A stretch of DNA of 64,000 nucleotides from Nitrospirota bacterium (GTDB taxonomy: Bacteria > Nitrospirota > Nitrospiria > Nitrospirales > Nitrospiraceae), in contig CAVPGK010000017.1 of NCBI GenBank assembly GCA_963703955.1, positions 32,001-96,000 of the forward strand, in the 5' to 3' direction. Both the position numbers and the translations under genes were made by a program. Of the stretch, positions 33,631-44,327 are shown piece after piece; the first letter of the stretch is position 1, and every line of letters starts with the position of its first letter. Below the pieces are notes generated by a model. The model worked only from the letters and a program-made list of their open reading frames with translations. It did not search any database and had not been told where the DNA came from.

Positions 33631-35541
33631 TCATGCATCTTGGAACTCCTCGCTCCATAGATCGATCCCATTGATCGCGAGCCCTTGGAGCGACGCCTCG
33701 AACGCCCCTTTGAACTTCCGGTAACGCACTCTGGCAGTGGGCATCAGGGCCCTCAGCGCCTCACCATCCACCAATGCGCGGAGCGCATCGGGGGTAGCCT
33801 GCTTGAGATGCTCGAAATTGATAATGATGTCGAGTCGCGCCTTCTCCGCCGCCTCTCTGATCCGCGTGAGCAACTCTTGTGCGTTAAGCCGATCCAGCGT
33901 GCCTTCCAGGTCTACGAACAGCGCCGCACATTGATCATGACGTTTGGCTTTGATGTTCAGCCACAACTCCTGCGTCGAGGCGGTCGTTGAATCCAGCTTC
34001 TGCTTGATCGGATGCAATGCATTCGGGATCAGATGCTCCCGCTCAATCGTCGGCAGTTTGGCCTGCAAGGTCTTCAGGACCGTCGCCACCGGGGAGAGGG
34101 TCCCTTTCGGGCAGGACCGCTTGAGGAGCTTGCGAAATTCCCGATTCATTTCCAGACGCGGGATGAATCGCTGCGTCGTCCCGGACAGCCGGCGCCAGAT
34201 CGACGGGATCGAATAAAACTGATGATTGGCCCAGAAAAAACCCTCCTGGAGCTGCTCCGCTGTCATCCGGCTTGGAGAGAAGACGACGTGCTTGCCGTCA
34301 TATTTCGCCCAATCCCGGTCGAAAATGCGACCCGCCTGATTGTAGCGTTCATACAGCGCGGTGCCCGGGAGCGGAGTGAGCACATTGAAGTAGGCCAGCT
34401 CCACCTGATTCTTGATGAGGAACTCCACCGCTCGCTCGAACACCGATTCGTCGTCGTGATCGAAGCCAAAGACGATCCCGGGGTTCACCATGATCCCGTG
34501 ATCGTGAAACGTCTGAATCTCGTCAGAAAACTTCTGCACCCGATTGAAGGGTTTGTTGGTTTCCTCCAGACTGTCCTCATCGAGCGATTCCATCCCTACG
34601 AAGACCGAGACGCAGCCGCTCTCCGCCGCCAGCTTGACCATTTCGGGATCATCACCCAGAAACATGGTCGATTGGCACCCCCACTTGATCTTCAGTGGTT
34701 TGAGCGCCGACCAGAGCTCGCGACAGTAGGCGCGGTTGCTATTGTGCAGGTCATCAACAAACGCGAAGATGGTGCCATCTTCAATGCCGAGTCGAATCCG
34801 TACGCCCGTGAGGAACGCATGCCAGAGGGAGTCATTCCGGATCCGTTCCACCAATTCGTTGCGAATCCAGTGTTTGATCTGCGTGAGCTCCTTGACGACT
34901 TCTTGCACCGGCCGCCGTCTCGTCGTTTTCCCATTAAAGGGCGAGACACTGCAGAACTCGCAATCGAAGTGACACCCCCGCGTTGTAAAACTGCACTGTC
35001 TGGTCATATAGGCATCGGGGCTCAGCAGCTCCACGCGCGGATTCTTATAATTGTCCAGCGCCGGAAACGATTGCATCTTATAGGCTCGCTTCATCGCGCC
35101 CGCTTCGAAATCCGCGATGAGTTCTGGCCACAGCTCTTCCGCCTCGCCACAGACGATGGCATCGCTATACTGGAGCGCCTCCTCAGGGCAATAGGTCGGA
35201 TGGACTCCGCCGAGGACCACCTTCTTCCCCCGCTTTCTGAACTCCGTCGCAATCTCATAGGCTCGCGGGGCGTAACAGGTCATCACCGACAAGCCGACGA
35301 GATCGCAAGGATGATCGAAATTTACATCCTCCACCGCCTCATCCACGAGGTCCACGTGCCACGGTTCAGGCGTATAGGCCGCGATGACCGGCAAACTCAG
35401 CTTCGGGAACCAGACCGCACGCCGTTCCGACGCCGTCAGATGGTAGGGATTGTTTCTCGGATAGGGATCCACCAATAAGAGCGTGCGTGTCTGCGCACCC
35501 TCGGTGAACCGGGATGGTCGAGGCGGTTGGATGAGCTGCAT
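33631..35541 (-). CDS. B12-binding-domain radical SAM protein with C-terminal STAS-like extension
   Basis: VLGGVHPT, TRGCHFDCEFC (CxxxCxxC), GMES, TPLPGT. Confidence 0.9.
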   Translation of the reverse strand: MQLIQPPRPSRFTEGAQTRTLLLVDPYPRNNPYHLTASERRAVWFPKLSLPVIAAYTPEPWHVDLVDEAVEDVNFDHPCDLVGLSVMTCYAPRAYEIATEFRKRGKKVVLGGVHPTYCPEEALQYSDAIVCGEAEELWPELIADFEAGAMKRAYKMQSFPALDNYKNPRVELLSPDAYMTRQCSFTTRGCHFDCEFCSVSPFNGKTTRRRPVQEVVKELTQIKHWIRNELVERIRNDSLWHAFLTGVRIRLGIEDGTIFAFVDDLHNSNRAYCRELWSALKPLKIKWGCQSTMFLGDDPEMVKLAAESGCVSVFVGMESLDEDSLEETNKPFNRVQKFSDEIQTFHDHGIMVNPGIVFGFDHDDESVFERAVEFLIKNQVELAYFNVLTPLPGTALYERYNQAGRIFDRDWAKYDGKHVVFSPSRMTAEQLQEGFFWANHQFYSIPSIWRRLSGTTQRFIPRLEMNREFRKLLKRSCPKGTLSPVATVLKTLQAKLPTIEREHLIPNALHPIKQKLDSTTASTQELWLNIKAKRHDQCAALFVDLEGTLDRLNAQELLTRIREAAEKARLDIIINFEHLKQATPDALRALVDGEALRALMPTARVRYRKFKGAFEASLQGLAINGIDLWSEEFQDA

Positions 35542-35831
35542 GGTTCTCTCCTGCGGGTCGCTTGGGGGCCTCGTCAGATTCAGTGCGCTAAACTCCTGAC
35601 GCCGGCCCCTTTGGCTTCAACGGAAACCTGCCATGATCTAAATCTCTCAGGCAAGACGTACAGATGGTGTGCGTGCTTCCCCTGTCTTTATGAGGCGGTT
35701 TGTCGCCCAGTTGTTGCTTGCACCAAGCGCAGATGATAATCATCAGGACCACCTCTGAAGGTGAGGATTGGGGAAAGGATTACCTGAGCCGTTCACTCAT
35801 GGTCCGCTTTCCTGGATAGATCTTTCGTGAA

Positions 35832-35875
35832 AGGCTATACCTCCTGGCAGATGCAATCTGGTCAAAATTGCTCAG
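35832..35875 (-). promoter_or_regulatory. Crp-type box D + -10 (TAGCCT) upstream of radical SAM gene
   Basis: CTGAGCAATTTTGACCAG, 20 nt, TAGCCT. Confidence 0.8.
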
Positions 35876-36139
35876 TTGTAAGAATTGATGGCGCGGGGCA
35901 GCTTGAGGCTGCCGCTGCGTGGGATAACAGCAAGGGCACGTCGTTCTGAGGGACGCGGTGACCAGACAGATGAATTGGGTGGGAGAATCTTGGCGGCCGG
36001 TGACATCAGTTCGTGCATGCGGATGACGGGGATCGCAGGACGGCTCCGCCTAGGCCGTCAATGATCGGGCTAGGCCCACGACACTCTGACGACACGAAGC
36101 CGAATCTGCGCTGTGCTCGAAACAGCGAGGCTGGTCAAC

Positions 36140-36794
36140 CTAGTCGTGCAGGACGACACCGAGGAGGGAGCTGTGAACTTGCAATCCGCCGTTGTAATGA
36201 ATGAACCCCAGCTTCCGGAACTTATTCAGAAAGAAACTGACGCGGGACCGTGTGGTGCCGACCATGTCGGCCAGTGTTTCCTGACTGATCTTCGGAACGA
36301 CCGGCTCAGGCTTGCCTTCTTTCCCAAAGTGGGCCAGCAGCAGGAGGATCCGCGCCAGCCGCTTCTCGCTGGAATTAAACAATTGATCCACCAAGTCTTC
36401 TTCGATGCGAATGTTGCGAGACAGCAGATAGGAGGTGAAGAGCTCCGCGAATGTGGGTTCGTCGTGGAGCACGCTGATCATGGCGTTTTTGTCGATTCGA
36501 ACGATGCTGGCGTCTTCGAGTGAGGTCACGGTCCCCATGCGAACAGCCTGCCCTGCCAGGCAGCCTTCACCAAAAAAACTACCACGCTCCAGGATGGCCA
36601 CGACGGCTTCTTTGCCTTGTTGGGACACCACGGTGAGCTTGACCTTGCCCTGCTGCAGATAGAAGACGGCATCCGCCGCATCCCCTTGCGAAAAGATAAT
36701 GTCTTTCTTTCGGGACTGCAGAATGGGTTTTTCCGTTGCCGACCTTGGTGAGAAAGGTTTTAGGATTGAAAAGCGAGGTTCGTTTGCGTGCCAT
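36140..36794 (-). CDS. Crp/Fnr-family transcriptional regulator (1-nt frameshift near 36725)
   Basis: IFSQGDAADAVFY, GKEAVVAIL..GSFFGE, EKRLAR.LL, ISQETLADMVGTTRSRVS HTH; no FNR Cys cluster. Confidence 0.92.
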
Positions 36795-37067
36795 CGACGT
36801 CGCCCAAGGAAGTTCTGGCAAGTGTTTCAGAGATATCAGAATACCAGGGTGGTGAATTGTTTTGCAAGAGTGTTTTTTGAGGGGGTATTACAGTGGGCTA
36901 GGAAGCTCAAACCGCTAGATCTATGCACCTCAACATACATGCATGCCTCACGCATCTATGTTTCTCCGTGCATGGACTACCTGCTGCGCGTGGTTCTCCT
37001 TTATCATCAAGGGAGCTTTCATGAATACAACTTGACAGCGCACCCAAATAGCGCGTAGCCTGACACC

Positions 37068-37153
37068 ATGACGTTCTGAGCCACGCCGACTGCCCTATTA
37101 CTCGCGCTTCGCGACTCCTCCTCGCGCGATTGATTCTCCAGTCTCCGCCGCTT
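37068..37153 (+). ncRNA. Structured 5'-leader motif copy 3 (ATG ACG TTC TGA)
   Basis: TTGACA-18-TAGCCT-6-ATG; GAGC/GCTT, GACTG/CAGTC, TCGCG/CGCGA. Confidence 0.7.
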
Positions 37154-37389
37154 CCTACGCCAGACTCTCTTTAAAGGCACTGTCATGCCTTTCCGGTCAT
37201 CGGAGGCCAATGCCCTCTTTCTGGCTTGTAATGTGCTCTCCAGGAAAGCAGCATGCCGGACCGCCGCCGCCAATGCGACGAGCGGAATCATACGATGGGC
37301 ATTGGACAAATCCGTTGGCCCTACAAACGACCCGGTAAGGTTATCAAAAGTCGAATCACGGTCTCGCGTAAAAACAAAAGGAGGGCGAC

Positions 37390-37629
37390 ATGAACCACGA
37401 GCAATTCAAACAGAGTTGGTGCCAACTTGAGGGACATCTTAAGAAGCACTGGGGAAAACTCACGAAGGACGATCTTGCACGGATTGATGGCGATTTAGAT
37501 ACATTCAACAGCGCCATCGAACAGCGTTACGGCGAGATGAAGGGAGAGGTCAGCAAGTGGGCGGACCGATGGTATGCCCGGTGGACCGGGTGGTATGAAG
37601 GGTACGAAGAGGCGAAACCGACCTCTTGA
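37390..37629 (+). CDS. CsbD-family protein (one aa different from 4732-4971)
   Basis: Near-identical DNA 37371-37650 vs 4713-4992. Confidence 0.8.
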   Translation: MNHEQFKQSWCQLEGHLKKHWGKLTKDDLARIDGDLDTFNSAIEQRYGEMKGEVSKWADRWYARWTGWYEGYEEAKPTS

Positions 37630-37709
37630 CTGGTTGAACCAAGTCCACCGATAAGCCGCTGGATCTCAGGCCTGAATAGCATAAGCACATTGCTTCGGCG
37701 AGGTGCCTC

Positions 37710-38210
37710 ATGAGGACATTGACGATTCTGTTGTGCGTCCTGTTTGTCGGGTGTGCCGGACTGACGGATTTCGGCTTGGCGTCTCAGCACAAAGTCCGTT
37801 GGGGTGAGATCGTCCGGGATGATCGTATCACGGATCAACCGACGGCGAAGGCAGAGCCGGAATATGTCGCCACGAGAGATCATGCGGTCTGGCAGTATTT
37901 TCATGACAGAGGGCGCGACTTCAACAAGCGCGACTGGGAAGTCGTGACTTGGTACGCACATCTCAGCCGTGCGGATCGTCGGCAGGTTGACGCGGAGAGT
38001 GGCCCGGATGACGCGCATGAGACACTCCTGCCGGATAGCCCACCGTCACTGCAGCCCATGGCTGATGTATGGCCGTCGATGGCTCTGGCACCGACGCCGC
38101 TCTATCCCATCGTCCAGGAGCCGACGTTCAATCCTAATCCCGGGTTCACCTGTAGTACGTATAAATTGGGAGGGAGCAGTTCGGCCACCGATTGTTTTTG
38201 GCCACCGTGA
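37710..38210 (+). CDS. Putative lipoprotein
   Basis: Lipobox-like LFVGC; GAGG SD. Confidence 0.6.
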   Translation: MRTLTILLCVLFVGCAGLTDFGLASQHKVRWGEIVRDDRITDQPTAKAEPEYVATRDHAVWQYFHDRGRDFNKRDWEVVTWYAHLSRADRRQVDAESGPDDAHETLLPDSPPSLQPMADVWPSMALAPTPLYPIVQEPTFNPNPGFTCSTYKLGGSSSATDCFWPP

Positions 38211-38244
38211 GCCAACCAGCCGCACGTATTAATGGAGGGAGTGT

Positions 38245-38375
38245 ATTGACTTCCTGCTGGGTGTGGTTATGTCTACTAGGTAGTGGATGAAGCGCTCCGA
38301 TGAAGGGTCGTTGAAATCCCAATCCCCATTCAACCTCGCCTTTTCCCTCGCTTCCACCGAAGTAGACCGAAACGA
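38245..38375 (+). ncRNA. Second conserved non-coding leader family, copy 1 (copy 2 at 60790-60921, minus strand)
   Basis: Shared TTGACTTCCTGCT..GTGTGGTTATGTCT and AAGCGCTCCGATGAAGGGTCGTTGAAATCCCAAT..TTCAAC. Confidence 0.5.
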
Positions 38376-38515
38376 CATGCCGATGAAAAGGTACCGGCGA
38401 CGCTACAGGGCTGCTGGGCTCGCCATTGCAGAATGAGCGCCACGACCGGCTCAACACGGCGAGCAAATCATTCCGAACTCAGTCACGATCTGAGGAAGAA
38501 CCAAAAGGAGAAGGT

Positions 38516-38956
38516 ATGAATACGAGAAACTTTGTGCTGACGATCGGCATTCTCTATTTACTGGTGGGAGCGCTAGGCTTCCTTCCCGCGCTGGTTTCCG
38601 TGCCACACCCCGGTGCACCCAGTGTGACCGTGGATACTGGTTACGGTTATCTCCTGGGGCTGTTTCCCGTGAACGTGCTCTATAACCTCTTTCACCTCGC
38701 GATCGGAGCCTTGGCGTTCGGCGCCTATCGCAGCCTCTCCAGTTCGACCCTCTTTACACGTGGGGTTGCGATCCTCTTCGGCGTGCTGGCGGTTATGGGA
38801 CTAATCCCGATGTTGAGCACCACCTTTGGGTTGATTCCCCTCTTCGGCCACAATGTATGGCTCCACGCCGCCACGGCGGCGATCGCTGCCTACTTCGGAT
38901 ATGTGCGTGCCGCGGAAGTCCTGCCGCTGGAGTGGGGAGCCAGCCGGGCGTCCTGA
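38516..38956 (+). CDS. DUF4383-like membrane protein
   Basis: Paralog of 3488-3928; AAGGAG SD. Confidence 0.8.
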   Translation: MNTRNFVLTIGILYLLVGALGFLPALVSVPHPGAPSVTVDTGYGYLLGLFPVNVLYNLFHLAIGALAFGAYRSLSSSTLFTRGVAILFGVLAVMGLIPMLSTTFGLIPLFGHNVWLHAATAAIAAYFGYVRAAEVLPLEWGASRAS

Positions 38957-39271
38957 AATCGTGCCGCCGGCAAGCGTCACGGCTTGCCGGCTTCGCCGCT
39001 CCGGCATCGTGGAAGGACCGAAATAGAAATAACAGGGTGAGGTCTCTCGCCCTCATGGACAAAGAGCAGACGGAGGACAGAAGGTCTCGGCAGGTCACGG
39101 AAGTGACCTACCTATTGCTACGGGGAAGGAGCGTTTGTGATCAAATCTGAATTGTTAGAAAAACGGATCTGACAAAAGCGGATTGGTGCAAGAAAGTAGT
39201 GTCGGCGTCATTACGCTTTCGTTGATTTCAAAGAGCGTGAGAGAAGCTGCCGGCCTCTCAATTCTTCGAAA

Positions 39272-39315
39272 CCGAGCAATATTGACCAGACTGCATCTGT
39301 CTACAGGCATATGCT
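39272..39315 (+). promoter_or_regulatory. Crp-type box E + -10 (TATGCT)
   Basis: CCGAGCAATATTGACCAG, 20 nt, TATGCT. Confidence 0.75.
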
Positions 39316-39699
39316 CAACAAAGAAGGCGAGTCTTGAAGGAAGCTCATTCCAAGCATGACCCCATAGCGGTCGGTGAGAGAGCGACTACGAGATCCTTAG
39401 CCAGGCTGATTGTCCTCTCATCGCGTTTCTGCTTTGCCCTGCGCGGCGGGTTCCTCGGAGTAACGAGTCACAAGGAGCAGCGATGATTAGCATAACGTTC
39501 AAGGAAATCTGGCATGACACCGGCGTAGAGCTCGCACTGGGACTATTCCTATTCGTCATGGTCGTCGGTGCTCTCTTGACGTTCTTGATGTCGGGATAAG
39601 GCCGCCGGTGTGTGACGGCAAAGAGACCGGAAGCCCATACGGTCTTTCGAAGGTGACCGATGAGATCTCAAGCAGATTCTGAAGACTAAGGAGAACGAT

Positions 39700-40068
39700 A
39701 TGAATAGCCAACTCACGGCTCATACGCACATCGAGATCACGGAAACGCTGGTCCGGCTGTACGTCTTTCTGGCTCAAGACCTGGACCGCTGTCTGGATGA
39801 GGCTGCCCGCCGAACCTATCCAGAGCAGGAGCTTCAGTCGCATCTCGCTTCAACACGGGCCGAGATAATGGAGATGCTCTCGGTGAACCGGGTGGTCAAG
39901 GAGAAGGTGGAACAAGAGTGTAATCGAGTGCTCTCCCTCGCTGGGGCATGCCTCGCGGACGGAGCCGGAACGACGACGGCGATGGATGAATTGAAAGCGG
40001 CGCGGGCCATGCTGAAAACCAAGACCATGGCCTTGAGTGATTTGCTCGCGGTCTTTCGAGCCGCGTGA
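39700..40068 (+). CDS. Helical hypothetical protein
   Basis: AAGGAG SD; partial duplicate at 3184. Confidence 0.75.
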   Translation: MNSQLTAHTHIEITETLVRLYVFLAQDLDRCLDEAARRTYPEQELQSHLASTRAEIMEMLSVNRVVKEKVEQECNRVLSLAGACLADGAGTTTAMDELKAARAMLKTKTMALSDLLAVFRAA

Positions 40069-40144
40069 CAATACGCCAGTTGGTCAGGTGGCAGGGATCA
40101 GAACCTAGGCGAGGTCACCATTTAGGAAGATAAAAGGAGAAGGT

Positions 40145-40230
40145 ATGACCACACGAAACTTTGCCTATTTCGGATAGTGCGGGCGGCGGAAGTCGTGCCG
40201 CTGGAGTGGCAGGCCCATCGGGCGTCCTGA
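40145..40230 (+). pseudogene. Internally deleted DUF4383 gene (MTTRNF joined to AYFG...)
   Basis: First 6 codons and last ~20 codons of 3488-3928 joined. Confidence 0.75.
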
Positions 40231-40300
40231 ATTCGTGTTGCCGGCCAGCGTCACGGTTTGCCGGCCCCATCGAGGAGACAAGAGGAACAGGGAGAGCATC

Positions 40301-40729
40301 ATGAACAACACACGACGGACGTATCTACTGACGCTTAATTCGCCATCCCAAAGAGCCCTTCGGCTCTGGACCGGCCAGAGTATCCATACGCTGCGCCACT
40401 GTTCGGTCAAAGAGATCGGAGGGGCGCTGGTTGAGATGCAAAAGAGTCTGGATGATCTGCAAAAGTCCATGCGGGCGCTTCAACGCGTGAAGGAGCAGTT
40501 GGTGTCTGTGTCGGCGGACGGGGTCGGCGGGACCCGGAAAAAGAACAATGAATCATTGAAGACGGCCGCTCGTGTGAGTGGTCCCGATCAGGGAAGGGCC
40601 TCCAGAGACTCCAGAGAAATGAAAGAGCGGACCATAGGCCGGACGAATCGACGTGGCCCATTCTTTCGGAACATCAGCCAGAAAGGTGATCCTCACGGAG
40701 GGAAGGGCCGAGGAAGGTCCAGGACATGA
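40301..40729 (+). CDS. Hypothetical protein (paralog of 4012-4317)
   Basis: Direct similarity. Confidence 0.5.
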   Translation: MNNTRRTYLLTLNSPSQRALRLWTGQSIHTLRHCSVKEIGGALVEMQKSLDDLQKSMRALQRVKEQLVSVSADGVGGTRKKNNESLKTAARVSGPDQGRASRDSREMKERTIGRTNRRGPFFRNISQKGDPHGGKGRGRSRT

Positions 40730-41245
40730 AGGGGTTAGGGAGCCAGCATGACGAGTGTTGATCTCGACGATAGCCAAAGACAGGGCCCGACCAATGAAAC
40801 CCCATGGCCCTCTGTCATCAAAGGAGGACCCTATATGATGACACTGCTGACTGCGCTGAAAGAAACCAACGTCCTCCTCGGTGAAGTGGCCATGGACTGC
40901 GAAGGACTCCATCACCTATTTTTGTCGGACCGTCTGCGGCAGCAAGCGAAACACAATCGCGCTGTCATCGCTCGCACCGAGAATGCCGCCCTAACCATCC
41001 GGATCAAGAAAAAAGCAGCGTGACGACCACGAAAACTGGCACAAATACCGGACATATTGAGAGGCAGGAGACCACTCGATGACGAGGAGATCAAACGTTG
41101 AGGCGACCATTGCGTACGTTGGACTAGCCGTGACGGTCTTCGGAATGTTTTGGTGGATGGACCACTACTGGGGAAGCGGCTCTCAGCAGTTCAATCACGG
41201 TGTCGCATAAGAAACAGCGGTGGGTGTCATGAAGGAGGTGGGTCA

Positions 41246-42454
41246 ATGGAAACCACATCAGTCATCGGAACAAAAAATAACAAAGGTCAGGTCTACAGTA
41301 ACCCCCGGGTGATGATGAACGAGGCTCCGCGCACGCCCTCCTTTTTTACCGGCAGCGAAGTCATCAAGGAAGCCGTCAGACGCGCCAATGTGGACGTCAT
41401 GGTTGCCTATCCCATCACACCTCAAAGCGAGGCGGCCGCCCTGTGTGGAGAGCTGTTCGCCGAAGGGTACGTCAAGGAATACTTCCGGGGGGAGAGCGAA
41501 TTTGCGGTGATGTCGCAATGCGCCGGCGCGGCATTCGGCGGCGCCCGCGTGTTCACCACGACGGCTGGTCCCGGCACCATGCGAGCCATGGAAAATTTTC
41601 CGATGTGGGCCGGCGCGAGATTGCCGATCCAGATGATCGTCACGTGCCGCGGCATCAATTCACCCCTCTCGATTCAGCCAGACACCATCGAAATTTCGTA
41701 CCTGCTTCAGACCGGCATGCTGGTCTGGCACGCGGAGACGGCGCAGGACTTCTATGATTGGATCCTCAAGGGCTACATGGTGTCAGAGGAGCCGGATGTG
41801 CATTTGCCGTTGGCCCTCTGCTGCGATGGCTTCTTCGTGACCCATACGAAAGACATCGTCAACCTGACTCCAGTCGATATGTGCCTGCCGCCCTATGATC
41901 CGTACCGGTCACCGGTTCCGTGCATGGACATGGAATGTCCGCCGGTCCGAATGATGCGCGACCCGTTCGTGATGAAGAGCAACTATATCAGCTATGCCAC
42001 GCACGCCAGCTGGCAACAGGAAGTCTGGGCCGCCGTCGAGCGGTCGCGAAAACACACGATCTCCTGGATGGACGGTCTCATCGACACGGAAAACGTCGAT
42101 GCTGATGTCCTGATCGTGTCGTCGGGAACTGCGGTGTCCCAAGGTCGTGAAGCCATCCGCCTGTTGGCCGATGAAGGGATCCGCGTCGGGCTGGTCAAGA
42201 TCAAGGCGTTGCGGCCGTGGCCGGGCGAGGAAATCCGTGAAGCCACCAAGAACGCGAAGTTTATCATTGTGCCGGAGTTCAATGTCGTCGGCTGGATGGC
42301 GCGAGAGATCAAAGCATCCATTCCCAACAGCGAGCGTGTCATCGCCGCGCCGCACGTGTGTGGTGGCATGACAATGCCGCCGGAAGTCATTGTGTTGGAA
42401 ATTAAAAATTTGCTCGGCCTGCGATCCGAGGCGCTGGCCGGACGCAATCGTTGA
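41246..42454 (+). CDS. porA: 2-oxoacid (pyruvate):ferredoxin oxidoreductase alpha subunit
   Basis: AYPITPQSE, ESEFAVMS, TTTAGPG, DGFFVTH; AGGAGG SD. Confidence 0.85.
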   Translation: METTSVIGTKNNKGQVYSNPRVMMNEAPRTPSFFTGSEVIKEAVRRANVDVMVAYPITPQSEAAALCGELFAEGYVKEYFRGESEFAVMSQCAGAAFGGARVFTTTAGPGTMRAMENFPMWAGARLPIQMIVTCRGINSPLSIQPDTIEISYLLQTGMLVWHAETAQDFYDWILKGYMVSEEPDVHLPLALCCDGFFVTHTKDIVNLTPVDMCLPPYDPYRSPVPCMDMECPPVRMMRDPFVMKSNYISYATHASWQQEVWAAVERSRKHTISWMDGLIDTENVDADVLIVSSGTAVSQGREAIRLLADEGIRVGLVKIKALRPWPGEEIREATKNAKFIIVPEFNVVGWMAREIKASIPNSERVIAAPHVCGGMTMPPEVIVLEIKNLLGLRSEALAGRNR

Positions 42455-42534
42455 ATCTGGAAACCCGGGGGGATTGACGGGTGGTTCACCTAACACGCAA
42501 CAATTGACATCAGCAGCGCTGTGAGGAGGCATTC

Positions 42535-43441
42535 ATGAGTAGAGAGCGAATCAAAATTGCGCCAGAGTTCTTCGACATCATGCCGCCTGAGTACCAGGAT
42601 TTGGTCACGAAGGCGACCTACGGCAATGAGAGCCGTGGCTGGAAGGACATCGGGACAAGTAAGGAATTGATTGAAGAGCATGCCCTCTGCGCTGGGTGCC
42701 CGGAATCCATGGCGTTTCGATACATTCTCGCCTCTCTTCCCAATCCCGAGGACACGGTCATGGTGGGGTCGACCGGCTGCACCAGCCTGGTCTTTCCGCA
42801 CGTCGCCATCCACAATATCCACTCGCTGTTCGGAAATCAGAACGCGATAGCCTCCGGCCTCAAGCGGGCCTTGACCGTCCGCTTCCCGGGCCGAATCAAG
42901 GACGTCGTCGTGCTGGCCGGCGATGGCGCAACGGTGGACATCGGACTGGACATGACCCTGCAGGCGTGGTTCCGTCAAGAGAAATTCACCACCATCTGCT
43001 TCGACAACGAGTTGTATGCGAACACCGGAGGCCAGGAAAGCGGGCTGATGCAAAAGGGCTTCGTGGCCAAAATGGCCCCGATGGGAAAGAGTTTTGAGAA
43101 GGTGCGCCTTCCGGAAATTGCGCGTGAATCAGGCTGTCACTATGTCGTGAACTGCACGGTGAGCAAGCCCTCGCTCGTTGAGAAAGTCATCAGGAATGCG
43201 GTCCTGGTGGCGCGAGAAATTGGTCCCACCTATCTCGCAGCTCTACACCCCCTGCATTTTGGAGATCGGGAAGGACAGCATGGAGGGCCTTCAGGAGATG
43301 CGTGACTCGGAAAGGCCGAGCGAACGGTTCGCGTATAAGGAGTACATCAGCGAGCCGGCGAAGCAGCTCTTAACTGAAATCGCCGCCAAGGACAAGGAAA
43401 AGAAGGCCGTCGCGAAGCAGTTGGTGTCCCAGGAAGCGTAA
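42535..43441 (+). CDS. porB: 2-oxoacid (pyruvate):ferredoxin oxidoreductase beta subunit (frameshift near 43240)
   Basis: LCAGC, TGC, GDG...DIG, DNELYANTGGQ TPP motif; YTPC in next frame. Confidence 0.85.
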
Positions 43442-43496
43442 GAAATAGGGCTAAATAGCGGTTGACTCGGCTGCCTATTGCGCGTAGGGTGAGGCT

Positions 43497-43567
43497 ATGG
43501 TGTGTTAAGCTTCGCTGACTGTCCTATCTCTCGCGTCTGTCCCGCGACCGATCCCCAGTCTCCGCTT
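43497..43567 (+). ncRNA. Structured 5'-leader motif copy 4 (ATG GTG TGT TAA) upstream of iscA
   Basis: TTGACT-17-TAGGGT-6-ATG; AAGC/GCTT, GACTG/CAGTC, TCGCG/CGCGA. Confidence 0.7.
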
Positions 43568-43714
43568 CCTGCACCGTTTCTTTCAAGGGCGCTTTCATTG
43601 CCATTGTATGACCGGAGGCGACTGCCGCGTTCTGGTTTCCAGAGGGGTGTCTCTACACATGGGCGGTTGAGGCGCGTCGGGCGCTCCAGTCAATCAGAAA
43701 AAAGGGGGAGAGTG

Positions 43715-44035
43715 ATGATTACGATAACGTCGATGGCTGAAGAGAAGATTCGGGAACTCATGCTGGAGGAGAAGGACACGATTGGTCTGCGAGTGTTCGT
43801 GAAAGGCGGAGGCTGTCATGGGTACCAATACGGGATGTCGTTCGAATCCAACATGAGCGAGGACGATACGGTGATTGAGAAAGGTGATGTGAAGGTCATT
43901 ATGGATTCGCAAAGCGCCCCGCTGCTGAGCGGCGCCGAGGTCGATTATCTGGAAAGCTTGCAGGGCTCCGGCTTTGCGATCAAGAACCCGCAAGCGAAGA
44001 CGACCTGCGGGTGCGGCAGTTCATTCAGCGCCTAA
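43715..44035 (+). CDS. iscA: A-type Fe-S carrier (IscA/ErpA family)
   Basis: GGGCHG.QY and NP.AKTTCGCGSSF. Confidence 0.9.
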   Translation: MITITSMAEEKIRELMLEEKDTIGLRVFVKGGGCHGYQYGMSFESNMSEDDTVIEKGDVKVIMDSQSAPLLSGAEVDYLESLQGSGFAIKNPQAKTTCGCGSSFSA

Positions 44036-44066
44036 CCGCATCGCATCCTGTCGTCAGGAGGGGAAG

Positions 44067-44165
44067 ATGAACTTCGTGCGCCACATGGCCCCAGAGCTCT
44101 CAGTGGGATTGTGTTTACTCCTGATGTCCGGCGCGATCCTCGTGACATTCTTTCTGTCTCGATAG
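44067..44165 (+). CDS. 32-aa membrane peptide
   Basis: AGGAGG SD; decayed paralog at ~58730-58810 (minus). Confidence 0.5.
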   Translation: MNFVRHMAPELSVGLCLLLMSGAILVTFFLSR

Positions 44166-44327
44166 CGGCACGTCAATGAGAGTGGAACCCCCATGGCCAT
44201 TGCGTGAGACCGGATCCTGAGAAGCTCAGGTTGGGGGTAGAAGCCGATTCAGGAGCGGGAACGATGGGAATGGGATTGTTTTGGTTGGATACTAGATAGA
44301 GCGGAGAAAATAATAACGATGATGATC

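Noticed and set aside
34012..35478. 488-aa plus-strand ORF
   Set aside because: Antisense shadow of the radical SAM gene; no recognisable motifs. The same applies to long shadows over SPFH, ndvB and the beta subunits
37019..37309. Minus-strand ORF family (also 49087-49380, 60991-61449)
   Set aside because: Similarity comes from the non-coding leader; frames are not conserved between copies
38290..38330. Hammerhead ribozyme (CCGATGA...GAAA)
   Set aside because: Core is CCGAUGA, not CUGAUGA, and no stem II forms between it and GAAA
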